From an uncultured Pseudomonadota bacterium (GTDB lineage: Bacteria > Pseudomonadota > Alphaproteobacteria > Acetobacterales > Acetobacteraceae), in assembly GCA_963708245.1 (NCBI GenBank), contig OY970201.1, positions 3,887,557 through 3,951,556 of the forward strand: DNA of 64,000 bases, written 5' to 3'. Position numbers and translations under genes: made by a program. Below are positions 58,111 through 64,000 of the stretch, in pieces. A model generated the notes under the pieces. That model did no database searches. It was not told the origin of the DNA and saw only the letters and a program-made list of their open reading frames with translations. Position 1 is the stretch's first letter, and every line of letters begins with the position of its first letter.

Positions 58111-58362
58111 CCAGCCCCGCCGTCCTGATTAGGCGCTGGCGTGTACCCCGTTGCGCGACGGGGGCCCCGGCCTGAGTGGATGCCACCCGAGCGGTGGATC
58201 AAGGATGACTGGTGTCAGTTGGCTCTACAGGTGATACGCCGCAGTTTGAGCGACACGGGGCATTAGCTGCGAGGAGATCATCCCGCGGTTTGCCGTCGGG
58301 TCAAGGTTGGCCGGCCATCAGGTCCCAACCGCACCGCCCGCCTGCCTTCCCTATGCCAGTCC

Positions 58363-59262
58363 GTGTCGGACCCTGCTAATCTTAATCTCATGGCACTGGA
58401 CCGGGTGAACCTCCATCTCGTCTCCGATGCGACCGGCGAGACACTTAATACGATCGCTCGCGCGACGACGGTGCAGTTCGAGCATGTTCAGATCCTCTAC
58501 CACCGGTGGAGCCTGATCCGGACCCGCTTCCAGCTTCATCGTGTTTTGGAGGGGGTCGAAGCGGATCCGGGGCCAGTGCTCTCGACGCTGGTGGATAAGG
58601 CATTGCGTATGGACCTGGATGCCGCCTGCCTGCGGCTCGGCGTTCCGGTTGTCCATGTGCTCGACCCGGTGATGAATCTGTTACAGGTAGCGATCGGGCA
58701 GCCGGCTGGCGCGCGGCCCGGGCGCCAATACGTGCTCAACGCCGACTATTTCCAGCGGATCGATGCGATGCACTACGTGCTGGCTCATGATGACGGCCAG
58801 TCGCAGGCCGGGTTGGCCGAATCCGATGTCGTGCTGGTGGGTGTGTCCCGCAGCTCAAAGACACCAACCTGCTTCTATCTCGCCAATCGGGGCATCAAGG
58901 CAGCGAATATCCCCCTGGTTCCCGGGCTACCGGAGCCGGAACACCTGGATCAGCTCAACGTACCGGTCATCGGACTTACCTTGGAGCCGCAGGCACTGAT
59001 CGACATACGCCGGCACCGGCTGCGGCTGATCGCCTCGCAGGACAGTGCCGCGATGGTGCGGCAGAACAGTAGCGAGTACGTGGACGAGGAAGCGGTCAAG
59101 GCCGAGCTGTTATGGGCGCGCCGCCTGTGCAACCGCCGTGGCTGGCCGGTGATCGATGTGACCCGCCGCTCAATCGAGGAGACAGCGGCGACAGTGCTGC
59201 AGCTTATGGATGCGTGGCACGCGCGCCGCGGCAAGGGGCCGGATGCGGCCAGGTCCCACTGA
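58363..59262 (+). CDS. DUF299 bifunctional kinase/pyrophosphorylase (PEP synthetase / PPDK regulatory protein family)
   Basis: [14 protein letters not shown]-loop [21 protein letters not shown]. The start may be the internal Met at 58390. Confidence 0.85.
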   Translation: MSDPANLNLMALDRVNLHLVSDATGETLNTIARATTVQFEHVQILYHRWSLIRTRFQLHRVLEGVEADPGPVLSTLVDKALRMDLDAACLRLGVPVVHVLDPVMNLLQVAIGQPAGARPGRQYVLNADYFQRIDAMHYVLAHDDGQSQAGLAESDVVLVGVSRSSKTPTCFYLANRGIKAANIPLVPGLPEPEHLDQLNVPVIGLTLEPQALIDIRRHRLRLIASQDSAAMVRQNSSEYVDEEAVKAELLWARRLCNRRGWPVIDVTRRSIEETAATVLQLMDAWHARRGKGPDAARSH

Positions 59263-59376
59263 GCCATTCAGAAGAATTCCGACCGGCGGAGATTTGCCGA
59301 GAACGAACCTCACGGTTTCGTGTTGTCTTGGCTGCGGTTTCGTGGCATGTTCACGAAATCGAGAGGGAGGGCTGTG

Positions 59377-59589
59377 ATGTCTGACTCGGGCCCCGTTATC
59401 GACGTTGACGCCGAAGCTGACCAGCTCGCCATTCAAGCGGTTCCCGGCGCCGTATTCCTGAGATTGCGCCGAGAGCGAGAGGACGGGTCGTTCCGGCGTA
59501 TGTTCGTCGAGATGACAGTGGACGAAGCTATCGCCTTCCGCGGCGAGCTCGACCTGTGCATAGGGGTTGCGGCCGCCGCAATGGCGTAA
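59377..59589 (+). CDS. hypothetical small protein
   Basis: ATG 59377 follows GAGAGGGAGGG. 70 aa, no recognisable family. Confidence 0.35.
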   Translation: MSDSGPVIDVDAEADQLAIQAVPGAVFLRLRREREDGSFRRMFVEMTVDEAIAFRGELDLCIGVAAAAMA

Positions 59590-59688
59590 GGCTAGTTCTC
59601 ACTCGTTTTGGGCTCCCTGCTTCCTCCTGCAAGGACGAAGACCATCCCCTAGGTTGTCCGCAAGGTCCCTAGCGCCCTCGCCCTGCCA

Positions 59689-59705
59689 CCTCCCGCAAGG
59701 GGAGG
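59689..59705. repeat. REP-like hairpin CCTCCC-gcaag-GGGAGG
   Basis: 6-bp GC stem with the same loop and arms as the hairpin at 61897-61919. Confidence 0.45.
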
Positions 59706-59718
59706 GTATCTCCTGGTC

Positions 59719-60147
59719 ATGCTGCAAAACCCCGAGCCGAGGCTGGTTCTCGCCAGTGCGTCCGTCGTCCGGCAGAAGTTGCTGGCCAATGCCGGATTGA
59801 GCTTCGAGGTAGCGGTAGCGGCGATCGATGAGGTAGAGCTCAAACGAGCCGCCAAGGCCAGCGGAGACAATGCGGAGCAGGCTACGGTTGTTTGTCAGCG
59901 CGGGGAGCAGGTTCTGTGGCATCATATCGCCCTGCCGCGGCTGACGATGCGGGCCTTTCCGGACGAATCCATCGATGACTATCTGGCGGCGGAGGGGGAT
60001 CGGGTACCGAGCAGCGTCGGTGCCTATAGGCTAGAGGGGCTGGGTATTCACCTGTTCGATCGCGTGGAGGGCGATTACACGGCAATCCTAGGCTTGCAGT
60101 TGCTGCCGTTGCTCGGTTTCCTGCGCCAGCACGGGGTGGTGCGATAG
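59719..60147 (+). CDS. maf: Maf-like nucleotide pyrophosphatase with an apparent in-frame internal deletion
   Basis: 142 aa, against about 190-200 for the family. LVLASASVVRQKLLANAGLSFEV...AEQATVV|CQRGEQVLWHH...LTMRAF...VGAYRLEGLGIHLFDRVEGDYTAILGLQLLPLL. The central GAD(Q/T)...KP...GR.H block is absent. Confidence 0.65.
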   Translation: MLQNPEPRLVLASASVVRQKLLANAGLSFEVAVAAIDEVELKRAAKASGDNAEQATVVCQRGEQVLWHHIALPRLTMRAFPDESIDDYLAAEGDRVPSSVGAYRLEGLGIHLFDRVEGDYTAILGLQLLPLLGFLRQHGVVR

Positions 60148-60149
60148 TC

Positions 60150-60500
60150 GTGTCCGGGCAGTCCCGACGAGCGTCACGCAAGCGAGCTTGGCGGCTGTTG
60201 CGGCTGCTGATCGTGGTGCCGTTGCTGTTGCTGCTGGTGGTGTTCGTCCTGTCCAACCGCGAGCCGGTGGCAATCGGCTTCTGGCCGACGGATATGCGGT
60301 GGGACGTGCCGTTGTCGCTCGCCATACTGATTGCCGCCGCGGTTGCCTTGGTGTTCGGGGCGGCGATGGTGTGGATATCCGAGCTTGACCGACGCCGGCG
60401 CGCGCGCCGGGCCGAGGCGGCGGTGCGATTGCTGGAGGAGCAGGTGCAAGAGTTGAAGGCCCGGCTGCGCGCGCCTGTGATGCCGCCGCCGGTGGGTTGA
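60150..60500 (+). CDS. LapA-like DUF1049 inner-membrane protein
   Basis: GTG start, 116 aa. Two TM helices (LLIVVPLLLLLVVFVLSN, LSLAILIAAAVALVFGAAMVW), then a basic coiled-coil tail. Confidence 0.6.
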   Translation: MSGQSRRASRKRAWRLLRLLIVVPLLLLLVVFVLSNREPVAIGFWPTDMRWDVPLSLAILIAAAVALVFGAAMVWISELDRRRRARRAEAAVRLLEEQVQELKARLRAPVMPPPVG

Positions 60501-61187
60501 ATGTCAGAGCGGCTGATCGTCGCGCTGGATACCGTCGACCCGGCCCGGGCGAGCGCCTGGGCCTTGGCAGTGGCGCCTTGGTGTGGGCTGGTGAAGCTCG
60601 GGCTGGAGTTCTTCGTGGCAAACGGGCCGAAGGGGGTGCGCGGGGTCGATGGCCGGCCGGTGTTCCTCGATCTGAAGCTGCATGACATTCCGAACACCGT
60701 GGCAGGTGCGGTGGAGGCCGTATTGCCACTTCGGCCGCGCATGCTGACGATCCATGCCGCCGGCGGGCCGGCAATGGTGGCAGCGGCTTGCCGAGCAGCG
60801 GAACGCGCCGGGGCGGATCGGCCGCTGTTGCTGGGCGTTACGGTGCTGACCAGCCTGAACGAGGCGGACCTCGCGGCGATTGGCGTTGCCGGAGGCACAG
60901 TGGAGCAGGCGCTGCGGCTCGGGCGGTTGGCGGTATCCGCCGGTGCGGACGGGCTGGTGTGCAGCGCGCATGAAGTCGCGGCGCTGCGCGCCGAGCTCGG
61001 CGAGGGCGTGAAACTGGTGGTCCCGGGCATTCGGCCGGCGGGGACCGAAGTGGGCGATCAGGCTCGGACGATGACCCCCGAACGGGCGGTCGCCGCCGGA
61101 GCAGACTGGATCGTGGTGGGTCGCCCGATCACCCGGGCGGCCGATCCAGCGGCAGCCGCGGCGGCGATCTCCGGCGCCCTGGCATGA
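60501..61187 (+). CDS. pyrF: orotidine 5'-phosphate decarboxylase
   Basis: 228 aa. LIVALD, VKLGLEFF, FLDLKLHDIPNTV, IVVGRPI. Confidence 0.9.
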   Translation: MSERLIVALDTVDPARASAWALAVAPWCGLVKLGLEFFVANGPKGVRGVDGRPVFLDLKLHDIPNTVAGAVEAVLPLRPRMLTIHAAGGPAMVAAACRAAERAGADRPLLLGVTVLTSLNEADLAAIGVAGGTVEQALRLGRLAVSAGADGLVCSAHEVAALRAELGEGVKLVVPGIRPAGTEVGDQARTMTPERAVAAGADWIVVGRPITRAADPAAAAAAISGALA

Positions 61188-61810
61188 GCGTGCAAGTCAA
61201 GATCTGCGGGATAAACGATCCGGCGGCATTCGATGCTACCGTGGAGGCGGGGGCCGATTGGGTAGGATTCGTCTTCTATCCGCCCTCGCCGCGATACGTC
61301 GCGCCAGAGGCTGCCGCAGCCTTGTCGGCGCGGGTCGCGGGCGGGCCGGGTCGGGTCGGGCTGTTCGTCGATCCGGCGAATGCATTGATGGAGGCCGTGC
61401 TGCGAGTGGTTCGGCTCGACGCGCTGCAGGTCTATGCTGGCCCCGAGCGGGTGGTGGAATTGCAGGCGCGGTTCGGGCTGCCGGTCTGGCATGCGTTGGG
61501 GATCGAAACCGAGACTGATCTGCCGGTGAACGCCGCCAGTGCCGAGCGGCTGGTGCTCGAGGCGAAGCCGCCTCCGGAGGCGACACGGCCCGGGGGGAAT
61601 GCCGCGCGATTCGATTGGTCGGTGCTGCGCGGATGGCGGGCGCCGGTGCCGTGGATTCTCGCGGGGGGACTGACCGCGGAGAACGTGACGGCGGCGATCC
61701 GCGCGACGGGGGCGACGGCCGTGGATGTGTCCTCGGGGGTCGAGCGGCGGCCAGGCGTCAAGAATCCGGGGTTGATTCGCGCTTTTGTGGCGGCTGCTCG
61801 GGCGGGTTGA
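61184..61810 (+). CDS. trpF: phosphoribosylanthranilate isomerase
   Basis: 208 aa. VKICGI, GADWVGFVFYPPSPRYV, LAGGL...NV, VDVSSGVE. Confidence 0.9.
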   Translation: MSVQVKICGINDPAAFDATVEAGADWVGFVFYPPSPRYVAPEAAAALSARVAGGPGRVGLFVDPANALMEAVLRVVRLDALQVYAGPERVVELQARFGLPVWHALGIETETDLPVNAASAERLVLEAKPPPEATRPGGNAARFDWSVLRGWRAPVPWILAGGLTAENVTAAIRATGATAVDVSSGVERRPGVKNPGLIRAFVAAARAG

Positions 61811-62504
61811 GGCGGGCTGGCTTGTGGCCGCTGGCCGCTGTCTCGCTCTTGGCTACTCCGGCGATCCTTTCCGGTCCCGCTGTCCCCTCCCCCTTGCCCC
61901 CTCCCGCAAGGGGAGGGGGGATTTTGCGGACGGCGAGCTGTTGCTTGAGCGCTTCGACCTCGGCGCGGAGGGCGGCAATCTCTTCAGCGTCGGCTGACCG
62001 ATCGGGCGATCCGGGCGGGCGGTAGAACGGGGTGAACAGGCTGAGCGCGCGCTCGATCATCGCCATGTTCTGACGGCCGACTTCTTCGATGTTGCCGAAC
62101 GGGAACAGGGTGCCCATGGTGCGCTGCAAGGCGGTGCGCATCTGTTCCTGCTGCTGGGCGAAGACGGCCATCGATTGTTCCAGATAGCGCGGCACCAGGG
62201 CCTGCATCTGATCGCCGTAGAACCCGATGAGCTGACGGAGGAAGGCGGTCGGCAGCAGGTTGTGGCCCTTGCCCTCTTCCTCGACGATGATCTGGGTCAG
62301 CACGCCGCGCGTGATGTCCTCCCCGGACTTGGCGTCGTAGACGACGAAATCGCGTCCCTGGCGCACCATCTGCGCCAGGCTGTCAAGGGTGATGTAGCTG
62401 GAGCTCTCGGTGTTGTAGAGCCGCCGGTTGGCGTATTTCTTCACCACCACGGGCGGTGTGGCGGCCGGCTTGTTCCCAGGTTCGGTGCGGACGTCCTCGG
62501 CCAT
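61758..62504 (-). CDS. phaR: polyhydroxyalkanoate synthesis repressor PhaR, with a long C-terminal tail
   Basis: Start MAEDVRTEPG...VVKKYANRRLYNTESSSYITLDSLAQMVRQGRDFVVYDAKSGEDITRGVLTQII (ATG 62504-62502). The upstream 248 aa of track ORF 61758..63248 is P/A/R-rich shadow sequence. 248 aa in total. Confidence 0.85.
   Translation of the reverse strand: MAEDVRTEPGNKPAATPPVVVKKYANRRLYNTESSSYITLDSLAQMVRQGRDFVVYDAKSGEDITRGVLTQIIVEEEGKGHNLLPTAFLRQLIGFYGDQMQALVPRYLEQSMAVFAQQQEQMRTALQRTMGTLFPFGNIEEVGRQNMAMIERALSLFTPFYRPPGSPDRSADAEEIAALRAEVEALKQQLAVRKIPPPLAGGGKGEGTAGPERIAGVAKSETAASGHKPARLNPPEQPPQKRESTPDS
61897..61926 (+). terminator. GC hairpin plus T-run (REP-type; possible trpF terminator)
   Basis: CCCCCTCCC-gcaag-GGGAGGGGG (9-bp stem, 61897-61919) followed by gATTTTG. 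It lies inside the 3' extension of the convergent phaR ORF. Confidence 0.45.
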
Positions 62505-62625
62505 GCCTGCTCTCGGTTTGCGATGCGGCGCACCATACAGGCGATCCTCGCAGGTGCGAAATCCGTGTTTCCGAGGCGGCGGCAGCGCATCTAAGATCCG
62601 TCCCTGCAAGTAGGGCGGATGACGC

Positions 62626-63024
62626 ATGAACGACGCCAGGGGTCCAGAGGGGCGAGACGGCACGGGCGTGGACCTGAGGCAGCTTGCGCGCGACTGGATC
62701 ACGATCTGCCGGAGCGAACTCGCAGCCCTGGCGGCGGATCGGGAGGTGCAGGAGACATGGCAGGCACTATTAGCGCTGTGGGCAGGTGCGGCCGAGGCGA
62801 TCCTGGCCGCGCAACAAGGTGCGCATGACCGATCGGGCCGACGCACCGGGACCGCTGATGCGCCGAGGACCTCGGCCGCTGCTGCTGCACCTGACCCTCG
62901 CGATGCTGAGATCGAGCGGCTTTCCGGCCGCGTGGCCGAGCTCGAGCGGCGACTGGGGGAGCTCGAACGGATGGGTCGAGGCGGCGGCAGGGGTCGCCGC
63001 AAGGCTGCACCGCCCGGCGGCTGA
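62626..63024 (+). CDS. hypothetical coiled-coil protein upstream of the PhaC-like gene
   Basis: 132 aa. DLRQLARDWITICRSELAALAADREVQETWQALLALW...AEIERLSGRVAELERRLGELER. No family assigned. Confidence 0.4.
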   Translation: MNDARGPEGRDGTGVDLRQLARDWITICRSELAALAADREVQETWQALLALWAGAAEAILAAQQGAHDRSGRRTGTADAPRTSAAAAAPDPRDAEIERLSGRVAELERRLGELERMGRGGGRGRRKAAPPGG

Positions 63025-64000
63025 GGCGGAGCCGTCGGGTGCGCCGGCGTGGCTGGATGCGGCGCTCGTAACCGGGATTGCGGCGTATCGGCGGCACCCG
63101 TGGCGCCGCAACCTGCCGGACCCGCCTTCGGCGTGGCAGGAGGGCGGCAGCCGGATGCTGGACTATGGCGGCGAGGGGATGCCGGCGCTCTTTGTGCCGA
63201 GCCTGGTGAACCGCGCTCACGTGCTGGACCTGGCGCCCGGGCACTCAATGCTGCGATGGCTTGCCGAACACGGCGTGCGCCCGCTGCTGCTGGACTGGGG
63301 CTGGCCGGAGGAGCTGGAGCGGCGGTTCACGCTGACTGACTACATTGCCGGGCGGCTGGAGCGGGCTCTGGTCGCGGCGGCAGCGCTGGCGGGCGGGTCA
63401 GTGGTGCTGGCGGGGTACTGCATGGGCGGGACTCTCGCGGTGGCGGCGGCGGAGCGGCGTCCAGACTTGGTGCGGGCACTGGCGCTGCTGGCCGCACCCT
63501 GGGATTTCCACGCTGGCGATCCTGGGCGGGCGGTGCTTGCCGCGCGGTGCTTGCCGGTGCTGGAGCCAGCGATGGCACTGGGCGGCGCGTTGCCGGTGGA
63601 TTGGCTGCAGGTGCTGTTCGCGTTGCAGGACCCGGACGGGGTGGCGGAGAAATACCGCGCCTTCGCTCGGCTGGACCCGGCCGGCGACCGGGCGCGGTTG
63701 TTCGTCGCGCTGGAGGACTGGTTGAACGACGGGATTCCGCTGGCTGCCCCGGTGGCCAGGGAGTGCCTGAAGGGGTGGTACGGGGAGAACCGGCCGGCGC
63801 TGGGGACATGGATGGTCGCCGGGCTGGCGGTGGATCCGCGGCGGCTTCGGGTACCGACGCTGGTGGTGGCGCCGGGGCGGGACCGGATCGTGCCGTCAGA
63901 ATCGGCACGAGTGTTGGCCGAGCTAATCGAAGGCGCCGTGCTGCATGAGCCGCGCGCCGGGCATATCGGGATGGCGGCCGGGTCGGGGGCAGAGGCAGCG
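62903..64000 (+). CDS. PhaC-like alpha/beta-fold hydrolase (PHA synthase-related); 3' end runs off the window, start uncertain
   Basis: Absent from the ORF track because there is no stop in the window. Frame 2 reads ...APAWLDAALVTGIAAYRRHPWRRNLPDPPSAWQEGGSRMLDYG...FVPSLVNRAHVLDLAPGHSMLRWLAEHGVRPLLLDWGWP...LAGYCMGGTLAVAAA...PWDFHA...GHIGM. ATG 62903 is the first in-frame ATG I traced, and it overlaps the preceding ORF. Confidence 0.65.
   Translation, partial: MLRSSGFPAAWPSSSGDWGSSNGWVEAAAGVAARLHRPAAEAEPSGAPAWLDAALVTGIAAYRRHPWRRNLPDPPSAWQEGGSRMLDYGGEGMPALFVPSLVNRAHVLDLAPGHSMLRWLAEHGVRPLLLDWGWPEELERRFTLTDYIAGRLERALVAAAALAGGSVVLAGYCMGGTLAVAAAERRPDLVRALALLAAPWDFHAGDPGRAVLAARCLPVLEPAMALGGALPVDWLQVLFALQDPDGVAEKYRAFARLDPAGDRARLFVALEDWLNDGIPLAAPVARECLKGWYGENRPALGTWMVAGLAVDPRRLRVPTLVVAPGRDRIVPSESARVLAELIEGAVLHEPRAGHIGMAAGSGAEAA

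Noticed and set aside
61758-63248. 496-aa ORF as a single gene
   Set aside because: Only the C-terminal 248 aa (from ATG 62504) is PhaR. The N-terminal half is P/A/R-rich shadow sequence overlapping the + strand ORF 62626..63024 and the PhaC-like gene.
1-64000. tRNA, rRNA, riboswitch or other structured RNA genes
   Set aside because: I saw no T-arm/anticodon-arm cloverleaf candidates, rRNA-like stretches or known riboswitch cores in the intergenic regions while reading. This is a by-eye negative; tRNAscan-SE or Infernal would be needed to confirm it.

Overview
High-GC alphaproteobacterial chromosome segment. Hand counts of single 60-nt lines give about 68 % G+C in core genes. Gene content and the two IS types suggest an Acetobacteraceae/Rhodospirillales-like organism, but that is inference only.

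Gene order, left to right:
- A CaiB-type CoA-transferase gene running off the left edge.
- An incomplete-PTS regulatory operon on the minus strand: hprK-rapZ-EIIA(Man)-HPr-EI.
- A lower-GC mosaic block (about 5.5-18 kb) with dps, an SRPBCC/RatA-like gene, cytochrome bd oxidase cydAB, a HIBADH-type dehydrogenase, a 5'-truncated gluconate-2-dehydrogenase-type flavoprotein with its intact triheme cytochrome c partner, a GlcG-like gene, a PoxB-type pyruvate:quinone oxidoreductase, and many gene fragments.
- sdhE-sdhCDA, then an acetolactate-synthase-like gene and an aldehyde dehydrogenase remnant, then sdhB.
- lutABC and a malic enzyme gene.
- A FUSC/DUF1656/HlyD efflux locus with an RND adaptor+pump module nested inside it.
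- glk, then the origin-proximal core set mnmE-(cdh)-mnmG-rsmG-parA-parB, with a near-perfect parS inside rsmG.
- A complete IS1380-like element and a class II aldolase gene.
- A roughly 4.8-kb low-GC island.
- rho-hemJ-HAD-hemH-hemE on the minus strand.
- A 1.1-kb hemE/DUF299 spacer that is the best oriC candidate.
- A DUF299 kinase/phosphorylase gene, maf, a lapA-like gene, pyrF, trpF, phaR and a PhaC-like hydrolase gene running off the right edge.

Most interesting region: the low-GC island at 47.6-52.4 kb. It holds a regulator-like ORF, an unknown ORF, a SAMHD1/dGTPase-like HD protein split by an IS5-family element, and a large ORF with a PRTase-like loop. It looks like an unassigned nucleotide-targeting, defence-type module.

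Second theme: an unusually high density of remnants, frameshifts and one in-frame stop, some in normally essential genes (sdhA, hemJ).

No rRNA, tRNA or CRISPR array was recognised. All calls rest on reading the translations and DNA by eye. No BLAST or HMM search was run.
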